The notes below the pieces were generated by a model. That model did not search any database. It was not told the DNA's origin and saw only the letters and a list, made by a program, of their open reading frames with translations. The translations under genes and the position numbers were made by a program. From an uncultured delta proteobacterium (GTDB lineage: Bacteria; Desulfobacterota; Binatia; HRBIN30; BPIQ01), in assembly GCA_963761335.1 (NCBI GenBank), contig CAVXGR010000017.1, positions 224,001-288,000 on the forward strand: a stretch of DNA of 64,000 nt, read 5' to 3'. Below, in pieces: positions 26,402 to 36,006 of the stretch; within the stretch, counting starts at the first letter, position 1, and each line of letters begins with the position of its first letter.

Positions 26402-28906
26402 ATGGCGACTCCGAGCACGGACGTGGAAACACGCCGCCGCGCCGTCTGGCGCAGCCCGATCAGCTGGCTGGCGCTGGGTCTGATCGGTGGACAGCTGGCG
26501 GCGGGGACGCATGTGGCAGTGCCGCTGCCGCTGCAGGTCGCGCTTGCACTGGCCGGTACCGGGGCGTTCGCCAGGAGACGAACGCGCCCGGCGGGTCTGC
26601 TGTTGCTGGCGGCGGTCGTCGGTTTTCACCAGGTCGAGAGCGGGTTGCGGCGTCCCGGGGGGATCGAGCAGGTGGCGCGCCTGGCCCCGGCCGTGGTTCA
26701 TCTCCGCGCCCGCATGGAGGAGGCGCCAGTGCGCCTGGAGCGCAAGAGCCGCGTGCGCCTCGAGGTGCTCGCTGTCGAGCGCGGCGGCCGCTGGCGGTCG
26801 GTGCACGGCGGCGTGCTCCTGTCGGTGGCGGTCATGCGGCGACGGTGGCGGCGCGGCGCCGTGTTCGAGGCGCGGCTGAGCCTGCGGCGACCGCGCAACT
26901 TCGGCAATCCCCGGGAGTTCGACTACGAGAGCTACCTGGCGCGCCGCGGGGTCTTCGTGACCGCGTTCGCCTACGGCGACGACCGCTTCCGCCTGTGCGG
27001 TCAATCGCCGTCGGCATTCGCCTGGCTGGACGACTACCGCGCCCGAGTCGCGGTTGCCTTCGCGCGACATCTGCGCAGCCCGACGCGTGAGATTCTCGCG
27101 GCGCTGGTTCTGGGAGACGACGAGCAGCTGCCGCGCGAGGTGCGCCGGCGATTTGCCGAGGCCGGTGTGAGTCACGTGCTCTCCATCTCCGGGCTGCACA
27201 TCGGCCTGGTGGCGGCGGTCGCCTTCGCGCTGGCGCGGTGGCTCCTGTCCCGCAGCCGATGGCTGTTGCTGCGCGCCCGGGTCCCGAAGCTGGCCGCCGC
27301 CTCGTGTCTCGGCCCGGTTCTCTTCTACGCCGCCGTTGCCCGCGGCGGAGTCGCCACCGGCCGCGCCCTGATCATGCTCGCGGCGATGGTGATCGCCGTG
27401 CTCGTCGACCGCGAGCGCGACGTCGTGGTGGCAATTGCGGCGGCGGCGCTGGCGATCTGCGTCCTCTGGCCCGGGTCCGTGCTCGACGTCTCCTTTCAGC
27501 TCTCCTTCGTCTCGGTGCTGGCTCTGGTGCTCGGCGTCGAGGGCTACTGGCGCTGGTGGCGGCGGCTCGAGCAGGAGCGGCTCCTGCACCTGCGCGGGCG
27601 CCGCTGGCGGTGGGTGCGGGGCGCCGGCGCCTACTTCGCCGTCAGCTTCTGCGCTCTGCTGGGCACGGCACCGCTGACGGCCTACCACTTCAACCGCATC
27701 TCGCCGATCGGCCTGGTGGCCAACCCCGTGGTGGTGCCGCTGCTCGGCACTGCCGCAGTCGGCCTCGGGCTGGTGGGAGCCGTCGCCGTGCCTCTGTGCG
27801 CGCCTCTGGCGGCGGGGGCCATCGTCCTGGCGGGCGCGGCTATCGACTGGGGGACGCGCCTCGCCGTCTTCTTCTCGTCTCTCCCGGGCGCCAGCCTGCG
27901 GGTGGTGACGCCGACGCCGGTCGAGCTGCTGCTTGTCTATCCGCTGTTGCTGGCGGCGTTCTGCTGGCGCGGGCGGCGTCGATGCGTCGCCATCGCCGTG
28001 CTGGCGGTGGCTCTCGCCGCCGACCTCGGGCTCGCCGTCCGCCAGCGTTACTTCGGCGATTCGCTGCGCCTCACCTTCCTCTCCGTCGGCCAGGGCGACT
28101 GCGCCGTGCTGCGCTTTCCGGGAGCCGACGTGATGGTGGTCGACGGCGGCGGCCTCGCCGGCTTCGACGTCGGCGAGCGCGTCGTCGGTCCGTATCTCTG
28201 GAGTGAGAGGATCGGCCGGCTCGACCAGGTGGTGCTGACGCATCCACAGGCGGATCATTACGGCGGCCTGGCGTTTCTCGCCGAGGAGTTCCGGCCGCGC
28301 GAGTTCTGGGACAACGGCGAGAGCGCCGCTGCGGAAGGATATCGACGGCTGCGCCGCGCCGTCGGCGCCAGCGGCGCGGCACAGCTGCGGGTCGCCGCCG
28401 GATATCGGCGCCACCTCGGCGGCTGCACGATCGAGGCGCTGAACCCGCCGGCCGCGGCCCCGCCGGCGGCGGACCCGAACGACCACTCCGTGGTTCTGCG
28501 CGTCGCCTGCGGCGCGGCCCGCCTGCTGCTCACTGGCGATCTCGAAGAGGAAGGAGAACGGCGCCTGCTCGCCCTGGGCGGCGACCTGCGCAGCGATGTC
28601 CTCAAGGTCGGCCACCACGGCAGCCGCACCTCCAGCAGCGTGGCATTTCTCGACGCCGTCCGCCCGCGCGCCGCAGTGATCTCGGCCGGCTTCGGCAACC
28701 GCTTCGGCTTTCCCCACGCGGTGGTGCTCGAGGCGCTGACGGCGGACGGGGCTCGGGTCTATCGCACCGACACCGACGGCGCCGTGCAGGTCGAGATGCG
28801 CTTCGACGGCCGCATGCGCGTTCGCACGGCGCGCCGCGGTTGGCAGGACGTGCCGCGGCCATCGCTCTACGCCGCAGGCGCCGCACGCTCGCCACACGCT
28901 CGTTGA
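26402..28906 (+). CDS. comEC: Competence protein ComEC/Rec2
   Basis: NPREFDY, GVSHVLSISGLHIG, SFQLSF, VGQGD, THPQADHYGG, KVGHHGS, FGFPH. Confidence 0.95.
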   Translation: MATPSTDVETRRRAVWRSPISWLALGLIGGQLAAGTHVAVPLPLQVALALAGTGAFARRRTRPAGLLLLAAVVGFHQVESGLRRPGGIEQVARLAPAVVHLRARMEEAPVRLERKSRVRLEVLAVERGGRWRSVHGGVLLSVAVMRRRWRRGAVFEARLSLRRPRNFGNPREFDYESYLARRGVFVTAFAYGDDRFRLCGQSPSAFAWLDDYRARVAVAFARHLRSPTREILAALVLGDDEQLPREVRRRFAEAGVSHVLSISGLHIGLVAAVAFALARWLLSRSRWLLLRARVPKLAAASCLGPVLFYAAVARGGVATGRALIMLAAMVIAVLVDRERDVVVAIAAAALAICVLWPGSVLDVSFQLSFVSVLALVLGVEGYWRWWRRLEQERLLHLRGRRWRWVRGAGAYFAVSFCALLGTAPLTAYHFNRISPIGLVANPVVVPLLGTAAVGLGLVGAVAVPLCAPLAAGAIVLAGAAIDWGTRLAVFFSSLPGASLRVVTPTPVELLLVYPLLLAAFCWRGRRRCVAIAVLAVALAADLGLAVRQRYFGDSLRLTFLSVGQGDCAVLRFPGADVMVVDGGGLAGFDVGERVVGPYLWSERIGRLDQVVLTHPQADHYGGLAFLAEEFRPREFWDNGESAAAEGYRRLRRAVGASGAAQLRVAAGYRRHLGGCTIEALNPPAAAPPAADPNDHSVVLRVACGAARLLLTGDLEEEGERRLLALGGDLRSDVLKVGHHGSRTSSSVAFLDAVRPRAAVISAGFGNRFGFPHAVVLEALTADGARVYRTDTDGAVQVEMRFDGRMRVRTARRGWQDVPRPSLYAAGAARSPHAR

Positions 28907-28931
28907 CTCCCCCGGCGGCCGGGATTATGGT
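28903..28931 (+). promoter_or_regulatory. Putative sigma70 promoter for the FrhB-family gene
   Basis: TTGACT-17 bp-TATGGT about 60 bp upstream of ATG 28990. Confidence 0.55.
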
Positions 28932-28989
28932 CGCGAAGGTGTGACGGCGGCGGTACGCTGTCTTTTTTTTTACCGTCGCGCGGGGGGTC

Positions 28990-30177
28990 ATGAGTCATCC
29001 GAGCTTCAAGCAGATGATGAACGAGGTGGTTGCCTATGGCAGCTGCTGCGAGTGCGGCTCCTGCGTTCTCGTCTGCCCCCACAACGTCATCGACTACCTC
29101 GACGGCAAGCCGAAGCAGGTCGCCAAGGCGACGGCCGCCTTTGATTTCTGCGGCATCAGCGAGGGCATCGGCTGTGACGTCTGCGCCCAGGTGTGCCCGC
29201 GGCTGGGCGAGCGCGAGCACCTGCTGGCACCGCAGGTGTTCGACGGCGAGGCGCGCTACCAGGGGGCCTTCGGGCGCTACCGGCGCATCGTCGCGGCGCG
29301 CTGCGTCGACCCGCGCATTCTGGCGCACTGCCAGGACGGCGGCGTGGTCACCGCGCTGCTGGCGTGGGCGCGGCGCACCGGTCGCATCGACGGCGCCGTG
29401 GTCTCCGCCGCCGATCCGGAGCGGCCGGCGGCGCCCAAGCCCAAGGTGGTCACCACCGAGGAGGAGATCCTCGCCAGCGGCACCTCGTGGTACACGTACT
29501 GCCCGAACAACCTGGCGCTCGAGCAGGCGGCGGAGATGGGCCTCTCGCGGGTCGCCTTCGTCGGGGTTCCCTGCCAGATCACGCCGGTGCGCAAGATGGA
29601 GCTGTGCGATCCCTCCTATCTGGACAATGGACGCAAGAAGGAGAAGCACATCGAGCGACAGACGCGGTTCCTCAAGGGGTTCGCCGAGCGCGTGGCGCTG
29701 AACATCGGGCTGCTCTGCAGCGAAGTCTTCACCTTCGACGGTCTCATGCGCGAAACCGTCGAGGAGCGCATGGGCATTCCCCTCGAGCAGATCGCCAAGT
29801 TCAACGTGAAGGGCAAGGTGTTGATCTACAAGAAGGATGGGGAGATGGTGGAGATGAACCTTCGCGAGGCACAGGAGTATGCCCGGCCGGAATGCCACCA
29901 CTGCGCGGACTTCTCGGCCGAGCTCGCCGACATCTCGTGCGGCGGCGTCGGGGCGATGGACTGGACGATCACGATTCTGCGCAGCGCCCGCGGCGAGGAG
30001 ATCTTCGAGGCGGCGGTGCGCGAGGGGATCTTCGAGGTGCGACCGATCGAGGAGCTCGAGAACTCCATGAAGGTGCTCCTTCGACTGACCCGCAAGCAGC
30101 GCGACCGCGTGCCCCTGCCGCCGGGGCGCGACCCCAGCTTCGTGCGCCCGCCCGGCTTCGCGACCACGCGCGCTTAG
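28990..30177 (+). CDS. Coenzyme F420 hydrogenase/dehydrogenase beta-subunit (FrhB/FdhB) family protein
   Basis: CCECGSCVLVCP and CDVCAQVCP ferredoxin motifs, QDGGVVTALL, VGVPCQ, IGLLCSE, CHHCADFSAELADISCG. Confidence 0.9.
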   Translation: MSHPSFKQMMNEVVAYGSCCECGSCVLVCPHNVIDYLDGKPKQVAKATAAFDFCGISEGIGCDVCAQVCPRLGEREHLLAPQVFDGEARYQGAFGRYRRIVAARCVDPRILAHCQDGGVVTALLAWARRTGRIDGAVVSAADPERPAAPKPKVVTTEEEILASGTSWYTYCPNNLALEQAAEMGLSRVAFVGVPCQITPVRKMELCDPSYLDNGRKKEKHIERQTRFLKGFAERVALNIGLLCSEVFTFDGLMRETVEERMGIPLEQIAKFNVKGKVLIYKKDGEMVEMNLREAQEYARPECHHCADFSAELADISCGGVGAMDWTITILRSARGEEIFEAAVREGIFEVRPIEELENSMKVLLRLTRKQRDRVPLPPGRDPSFVRPPGFATTRA

Positions 30178-30193
30178 GCGCGTTCGTGCATTT

Positions 30194-31300
30194 ATGAAAG
30201 CTGCGAGAGCACTGAGCGCCGCCCCAGGGAAGTTCCCGCGCGAGTACCTCGAGCGCCTGATCGAGAGCTCCCCCGACGTGGTCATTGCCGTCGACCGCAA
30301 CGGCATCATCTTCTACTACAACGACGGCGCCGAGAAGATTCTCGGCTACACCGCGGCCGAGATGCTCGGCCACAACGTCATCGGCATCTATCCGAGCGCC
30401 GAGGAGGCGCGGCGGGTGATGGCGGCGATGCGCAGCGACGAGCACGGCGGACCCGGCAAGGTGAAGAGCTTCGAGACCGAGTTCGTCGACCGCCTCGGAC
30501 GGCACCTGCCGGTGGCCATCTCCGGGTCGATCCTCTACGACGACGCCGGCCTCGAGGGCGGCTCAATCGGCTTCGCCAAGGATCTCACCGACATTCGCCT
30601 GCAGGACCGCCTGGCCACTCTCGGCGAAGTGGCCGTCGGCATGTCGCACGAGATCAACTCCCCGCTCGAGGTGATCCTCAACCAGCTGGAGCTGCTCGAG
30701 GAGTTCGTCCGCCGCTCCGCCGCCGACGACAAGGCTGAGGTCGAGGAGGAACGCATCGACTCGATCCGCCGCGAGCTGCACAAGGTGCAGACCATCATCG
30801 GCCATCTCGAGGAGATGTCGCGCGGCGGCGAGTACAACACGCGCGAGTACATCCATGGCGCGCAGATGACCGACTTCGGCGTGCGGCCGCGGCCGAGCAG
30901 GAGCGGCCCGCTCGCCGGGCTGCGCATCCTGGTGGTGGACGACGACCTCGGCGTATGCGGCTCACTGCGCGATCTGTTGCTCGAGGAGGGGTGCCAGGTG
31001 TTGACCGCGGGTGGCGGACTGGAGGCCCTGCGGGTCCTCGACCAGCAGTCGGTGGATCTCGTGCTGAGCGACGTCGTCATGCCCGATCTCGACGGCTACG
31101 ACCTGTTCATGGAGGTTCGCCGCCGGGGCGAGACGCCGGTGATTCTGATGACCGGCTACTACTATGACAAGGACCACGTCATCAAACGCAGCCGTCTCGA
31201 AGGAGTCGAGGGGGTGATCTTCAAGAAGCCGATCGACCCGGCCCGGCTGAAGGAGACGATCCGGCAGCAGTGCGGGCGGGCGCAGGCGACGGCGACCTGA
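30194..31300 (+). CDS. PAS-HisKA-receiver protein lacking HATPase domain
   Basis: PAS (NDGAEKILGY), H-box SHEINSPL, then directly ILVVDDD..SDVVMP..MTGY..KP. Confidence 0.85.
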   Translation: MKAARALSAAPGKFPREYLERLIESSPDVVIAVDRNGIIFYYNDGAEKILGYTAAEMLGHNVIGIYPSAEEARRVMAAMRSDEHGGPGKVKSFETEFVDRLGRHLPVAISGSILYDDAGLEGGSIGFAKDLTDIRLQDRLATLGEVAVGMSHEINSPLEVILNQLELLEEFVRRSAADDKAEVEEERIDSIRRELHKVQTIIGHLEEMSRGGEYNTREYIHGAQMTDFGVRPRPSRSGPLAGLRILVVDDDLGVCGSLRDLLLEEGCQVLTAGGGLEALRVLDQQSVDLVLSDVVMPDLDGYDLFMEVRRRGETPVILMTGYYYDKDHVIKRSRLEGVEGVIFKKPIDPARLKETIRQQCGRAQATAT

Positions 31301-31733
31301 GGGCGATCGTGGCCGCGCTGCGGGCGGTGGGAGATCGCAGATCCGGCGACGGAGTCGGGGCGGGCCGGATAGTGAAGTCGACGTCGCCGTGCTCTCCGGT
31401 GACGACGGCGCGGCGCTCCTCGACACGGACGAGCTTGCCGAGCCCCGGGATCGTGTCGCCGACGCGATACATCTCCGTCTGTCCGTCAGGCGACTCGAAG
31501 ACCGCTACCTGGAAGTCGTTTCCCGCCGCCACTCCGGCCAGGCGATATGCGCCGGCCGCGTGCGTCGGCGCCGCCGCTGCCTCGGGTGCCGGGGTCGCGG
31601 GCGCCGGCGTCGGCGTGCGAGTTGCGCCGATCACTGCCGGCGGAGGCGATGCGGCGGGCCAGAGGAACCAGGCCGCGAGCACCAACAGCGCCGCCAGCAG
31701 CGCCAGCAAGGCGGCGAGCGCGCGCGCGTTCAT
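31221..31733 (-). CDS. Bitopic membrane protein with a GspC/PilP-like periplasmic domain
   Basis: N-terminal TM, Pro/Ala linker, YRLAGV..AVFE..YRVGDTI..LVRVEERRAVV; overlaps the 3' end of the convergent gene. Confidence 0.55.
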   Translation of the reverse strand: MNARALAALLALLAALLVLAAWFLWPAASPPPAVIGATRTPTPAPATPAPEAAAAPTHAAGAYRLAGVAAGNDFQVAVFESPDGQTEMYRVGDTIPGLGKLVRVEERRAVVTGEHGDVDFTIRPAPTPSPDLRSPTARSAATIALRSPSPAPARTAAGSSPSAGPGRSAS

Positions 31734-31780
31734 TGGACCCTTGGCGCGGCGGGAGCGCCGCCGTGTCTGACGGCCGGGGC

Positions 31781-32284
31781 ATGGCGCCGGCCGCGGCACT
31801 GTCGGAGACGCAGCTGAGCGGCCCGGAGCCGCCGCTGCCGTGGAGCACCTGGCTGCGCTACTGGGCGGTGGTGGCGGTGTGGATGGGGGTGATCTCCTAC
31901 CTGTCCACCGACGCCTTCTCGGCCTCGAACACCAACCGCTACATCGACCCGGTGCTGCGCTTCTTCTTGCCGTGGCTCAGCAACCGCGAGCTGCTGGCGG
32001 CCCACACCGTGGTGCGCAAGACGGCGCACCTCAGCGAGTACTGCGTCCTCGGTCTGCTCGCCTTCTGGGCCGGGCGCGGCGGCCGCACCCCGCGCTGGAA
32101 GGCGAGATGGATGGTGCAGGCGCTGGTGATCGCCGGTCTCTGGGCCGGCATCGACGAGCTGCACCAGACCTTTACCGCCGACCGCACCCCGTCGATGTAC
32201 GACAGTGGCATCGACTTCATCGGTGCGGCGATCGGTCAGCTGTTCGTCTACGTCGGTCATCTCTGGCGCAGTCGGCGACATTGA
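31781..32284 (+). CDS. VanZ family membrane protein
   Basis: VRKTAHLSEY, DELHQTF..RTPSMYDSGID; start approximate. Confidence 0.85.
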   Translation: MAPAAALSETQLSGPEPPLPWSTWLRYWAVVAVWMGVISYLSTDAFSASNTNRYIDPVLRFFLPWLSNRELLAAHTVVRKTAHLSEYCVLGLLAFWAGRGGRTPRWKARWMVQALVIAGLWAGIDELHQTFTADRTPSMYDSGIDFIGAAIGQLFVYVGHLWRSRRH

Positions 32285-32414
32285 GTGCGCTGTCGTTTTA
32301 CGGATTTCCCCCGAGGTTGCAAACCGCCGCCGCCGAGACAAGCCTTCACGCGACGGCGTTTGCCCCATATAGTCGGCGCATACGCTACACCGGGAGAATC
32401 TGGAAGGAGTCGGA

Positions 32415-33671
32415 ATGGCGGTCGAGATCACCATGCCCAAGCTGAGCGACACCATGGAGGAGGGGAAGATCCTGCGCTGGCTCAAGAAGGAAGGCGACGC
32501 CGTGGAGGCGGGCGAGGTGATCGCCGAGGTCGAGACCGACAAGGCGGACATGGAGCTGGAGGCGTCGGCGACGGGTGTGCTCGCCGAGATTCGCGTCGCC
32601 GAGGGGGCGAATGCGGCCGTCGGCGCCGTGGTCGCCGTTCTCGATGGCGGCGGCCGCGCCTCGCGTCCTGCATCGCCTCCGTCCCCGGAGTCGCGTGCCC
32701 CTGTCCAGAAGCCGGCGCCGGCCGAGCCGCCGCCGGCGCGTCCCACGAGCGGCACACCGCGGGTGTCACCGCTGGCACGGCGCATCGCCGATGAGAAAGG
32801 CGTCAACCTGCGCCAGGTGCGCGGCAGCGGCCCGGAGGGGCGGATCACCCGCCGCGACGTCGAGCAGGTCGGCGGGGAAGGCGAGGTGGCCCGCCCTGGC
32901 GAGGCTTCCGCCGAGCCCGCATCGCGCCGGACGGGCGCCGCCGCCGCGGACGCTCCTCGCCGGGTCGAGAGATCCGGCGGCGCGCCGGCAGAAGTCCAGC
33001 GGCTCGAGCTCTCGAAGATGCGGCAGACGATCGCGCGGCGCATGACCGAGGCCAAGCGCGACATCCCGCACTTCTACGTCACTGCCGAGATCGACATGTC
33101 GGCGGCGACGGAGATGCGGGAATCGATCCGCGCCATGGTCGACGACAAGGTCACCATCACCCACCTGATCCTCAAGGCGGCGGCGCTGGCCCTCAAGGAG
33201 CACCCGCGCGTCAATGGTCGCCTGGTGGACGGCGCTGTGGAGATCGGGCCGGCGGTCAACCTCGGCGTTGCCGTGGCCGTCGAGGACGGTCTCCTGCTGC
33301 CGGTCATCCACGGCTGCGAGCGCCTGTCGATCGGCGAGATCGCCGCCGAGGCGCGGCGCCTGGTGGAGCGCGCCCGCGACGGGCACTTCTCCGGCGACGA
33401 GCTCAAGGGCGGCACCTTCTCGGTGTCCAACATGGGGATGCTCGACATCGAGGAGTTCTCCGCGGTGATCAACCCGCCGCAGGCCGCCATCCTCGCCGTC
33501 GGCGCGATCAAGGATCGAGCGGTGGTGCGCCGCGGGCAGCTCGCGGTGGGGCGCACCATGCGCGTGACCCTGTCGTGCGACCACCGCCAGCTGAACGGAG
33601 TCGAAGGCGGCCGCTTTCTCGAGACTCTGAAGCGGCTTCTGGAAAACCCCGTCTCGCTGGTACTCGGATGA
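32415..33671 (+). CDS. 2-oxoacid dehydrogenase E2 (dihydrolipoamide acyltransferase)
   Basis: Lipoyl ETDKA, E3-binding SPLARRIA..GSGPEGRI, catalytic SCDHR..NG. Confidence 0.93.
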   Translation: MAVEITMPKLSDTMEEGKILRWLKKEGDAVEAGEVIAEVETDKADMELEASATGVLAEIRVAEGANAAVGAVVAVLDGGGRASRPASPPSPESRAPVQKPAPAEPPPARPTSGTPRVSPLARRIADEKGVNLRQVRGSGPEGRITRRDVEQVGGEGEVARPGEASAEPASRRTGAAAADAPRRVERSGGAPAEVQRLELSKMRQTIARRMTEAKRDIPHFYVTAEIDMSAATEMRESIRAMVDDKVTITHLILKAAALALKEHPRVNGRLVDGAVEIGPAVNLGVAVAVEDGLLLPVIHGCERLSIGEIAAEARRLVERARDGHFSGDELKGGTFSVSNMGMLDIEEFSAVINPPQAAILAVGAIKDRAVVRRGQLAVGRTMRVTLSCDHRQLNGVEGGRFLETLKRLLENPVSLVLG

Positions 33672-34414
33672 GCGCCGTGCTCCTCTCCGATCGCCTGCGC
33701 CCCCAGTCGCCGGCGGAGAGCACCGCCACCTCCGCCGATGCCCGGCCTCTCCGCATCGAGCGGCTCGGGCGGGTGGAGTACGCGGCGGCGCTGGATCTAC
33801 AGGAAAGGCGGGTCGCCGAGAAGCTCGCCGGCGCCGCCTCCGACACGCTCCTTCTTCTCGAGCACGACCCCGTCTACACGCTCGGCCGCGGCGCCCGCAC
33901 CGAGGATCTGTGCGGGGCGCCGGAGAGGCTGGGAGTGCCGGTCCATCGCGTCGGCCGCGGCGGCGGTGTCACCTTCCACGGCCCGGGCCAGCTGGTCGCC
34001 TACCCGATCATGTCGCTGGCGCGACACGGGCGCGACGTGCACCGCTACGTGCGGCGCCTCGAAGACGTGCTCATCGCCGTCTGTGCCGGGCTCGGAGTCG
34101 CGGCGCGCCGCCGCGAGGGGCTGGTGGGGGTCTGGGTGGAGGATCGCAAGATCGCCTCCATCGGCGTCGGCATCCGCCGTTGGGTCACCTTTCACGGCAT
34201 CGCTCTCAATGTTTCTACCGACCTGACCTACTTCGAGGCCATCGTCCCCTGTGCGATGCCCGCCGTCCGGGTCACCTCCCTGCGGCAGGAGATGGCGGCG
34301 GCGCCATCCCTCGCTGCCGTCGAGAATCTCTTCGCCGACGAGTTCGAAAGGGTGTTCGCCGCTCCCCGCGGGGCCCGCGCCGCCACCGTCGCGCGCGCCT
34401 CTCCAACTCCCTGA
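33668..34414 (+). CDS. lipB: Octanoyltransferase
   Basis: LLEHDPVYTLG, RGGGVTFHGPGQLVAY, KIASIG, HGIALNV, IVPC. Confidence 0.94.
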   Translation: MSAVLLSDRLRPQSPAESTATSADARPLRIERLGRVEYAAALDLQERRVAEKLAGAASDTLLLLEHDPVYTLGRGARTEDLCGAPERLGVPVHRVGRGGGVTFHGPGQLVAYPIMSLARHGRDVHRYVRRLEDVLIAVCAGLGVAARRREGLVGVWVEDRKIASIGVGIRRWVTFHGIALNVSTDLTYFEAIVPCAMPAVRVTSLRQEMAAAPSLAAVENLFADEFERVFAAPRGARAATVARASPTP

Positions 34415-34520
34415 AGAGCACCGCGTTTTTCCCATTTACTGTGGACATTGCAAAGCTTTTCTGCGATTGTCCGCGGCGGTGAATCTGGCTGTTTTCAGTA
34501 GACGTGGGAGGTCGTAAGGA

Positions 34521-35123
34521 ATGAAACTCTACAGTTATCCTGACTGCCCGTACTCCCAAAAGGTGCGGGTGGTGCTGGCCGAAAAGGAGCTCTCGTACGA
34601 CATCGTCCCCGTCGATCTGCGCAAGCAGGAGCAGAAGAATCCCGACTTCCTGCGTCTGAACCCCTTCGGCAAGGTGCCGGTTCTGGAGGACGAGGATCTG
34701 GTCGTCTACGACTCGACGATCATCAACGAATACCTGGAAGACGAGTACCCGTTGCCTCACCTGATGCCCGAGGATTCGGCGGGGCGCGCCCGCGTCCGCC
34801 TTCTGGAGGATTACGGAGATGCCTACTTCCTGCCGCGCACGGGTCTGGTGCTCGCCGAGCTGGCGCGACCGGAGGCCGAGCGCGAGGCGGAGCGCCTGCA
34901 GCGCTATCAGAGCGAGATCGGGCGCGGTCTGGCGTGGCTCGACTCCTCGCTGGAAGGGCGCGACTTCCTGGTCGGCGACTTCTCCATCGCCGATATCGCC
35001 TTTGTGCCCGGCGTCATGATTCTCTCCAGCCTGGGAGCCGAGGTGGACCCCCGCTGGAAGAACCTCGCCGGTTGGATCGCTCGCCTGCGCGAGCGCCCGG
35101 GCGTGCAGAGTCTCGGACTCTGA
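34521..35123 (+). CDS. Glutathione S-transferase family protein
   Basis: CPYSQKVR, NPFGKVPVL, DSTIINEYL, FSIADI. Confidence 0.92.
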   Translation: MKLYSYPDCPYSQKVRVVLAEKELSYDIVPVDLRKQEQKNPDFLRLNPFGKVPVLEDEDLVVYDSTIINEYLEDEYPLPHLMPEDSAGRARVRLLEDYGDAYFLPRTGLVLAELARPEAEREAERLQRYQSEIGRGLAWLDSSLEGRDFLVGDFSIADIAFVPGVMILSSLGAEVDPRWKNLAGWIARLRERPGVQSLGL

Positions 35124-35126
35124 GCG

Positions 35127-35420
35127 ATGGCCGACCGGACCTACAAGCTGATCGAGCTTGTCGGCGTCTCGGAGAACAGCTACGCCGAGGCGACGCAGAA
35201 TGCGGTGAAGAAGGCCTCGGAGAGCCTCAAGGGTCTGAGCTGGTTCGAGGTCAGCGAGATGCGCGGCGTGATTGCCGACGGGCGCGTCTCCGAGTTCCAG
35301 GTGAAGCTCAAGGTCGGCTTTCGGCTTCTCGACGGCGATGATCTCGGCGCCGAGGTGATCCCGGTGCGCACGGCACGGCGGCGCATGCGGGCGGTGCGCC
35401 GCGGCTCCCGCGTCCGCTGA
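35127..35420 (+). CDS. Dodecin family protein with C-terminal extension
   Basis: TYKLIELVGVS..WFEV..FQVKLKVGFRL. Confidence 0.9.
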   Translation: MADRTYKLIELVGVSENSYAEATQNAVKKASESLKGLSWFEVSEMRGVIADGRVSEFQVKLKVGFRLLDGDDLGAEVIPVRTARRRMRAVRRGSRVR

Positions 35421-35479
35421 TCCCGCTTCTGCCGCTCCCACCCCCGTTGACAGCCCTGCCTGTTTCCGGCAGGGTCTGC

Positions 35480-35500
35480 TTATCAGGAATTATTCTCAAT
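35480..35500 (+). promoter_or_regulatory. Possible Fur/PerR operator
   Basis: AT-rich TTATCAGGAATTATTCTCAAT, partial match to the 7-1-7 Fur-type box; downstream of TTGACA (35447) and upstream of the rubrerythrin-perR operon. Confidence 0.45.
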
Positions 35501-35522
35501 TGTCTGAACAGGAGGGTTGTAC

Positions 35523-35948
35523 ATGGCAAAATCGATTTCTGGGTCCAAGACCCACGAGAACCTGAAGACTGCCTTCGCGGGCGAGTCGCAGGCAAACCGT
35601 CGCTATCTGTACTTCGCCCGTCGCGCCGACATCGAGGGGTACCCCGAGATCGGCGGTCTCTTCCGCGACACCTCGGAGGCGGAGACGGGACACGCGTTCG
35701 GTCATATGGATTTCCTCAAGCAGGTGGGCGATCCGGTCACCAACGTGCCGATCGGCGACACCGCCGCCAATCTGAAGTCGGCGGTCGAGGGGGAGACCTA
35801 CGAGTACACCGAGATGTACCCCGGCTTCGCCAGAACGGCTCGCGACGAGGGCTACGAGGAGATCGCCGAGTGGTTCGAGACTCTGGCGCGCGCCGAGAAG
35901 TCGCACGCCGGCCGCTTCTCCAAGGGCCTCGAGAACCTCAAGCTGTGA
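35523..35948 (+). CDS. Short (rubredoxin-less) rubrerythrin
   Basis: NLKTAFAGESQANRRY, ETGHAFGH, GETYEYTEMYP, AEKSHA. Confidence 0.93.
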   Translation: MAKSISGSKTHENLKTAFAGESQANRRYLYFARRADIEGYPEIGGLFRDTSEAETGHAFGHMDFLKQVGDPVTNVPIGDTAANLKSAVEGETYEYTEMYPGFARTARDEGYEEIAEWFETLARAEKSHAGRFSKGLENLKL

Positions 35949-35957
35949 TCCCGCGCC

Positions 35958-35986
35958 GCGCAGGGAGCGCGCGCCGCTCCCTGCGC
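35958..35986. other. Intercistronic 12-bp GC stem-loop without U-tract
   Basis: GCGCAGGGAGCG-cgcgc-CGCTCCCTGCGC. Confidence 0.6.
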
Positions 35987-36006
35987 CGGCGAGCCCGAGG
36001 GCTCCC

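Noticed and set aside
26396..28897. Long antisense ORFs (here and opposite uvrC, recJ, secD etc.)
   Set aside because: Shadow frames typical of high-GC DNA; the opposite strand carries the recognisable genes
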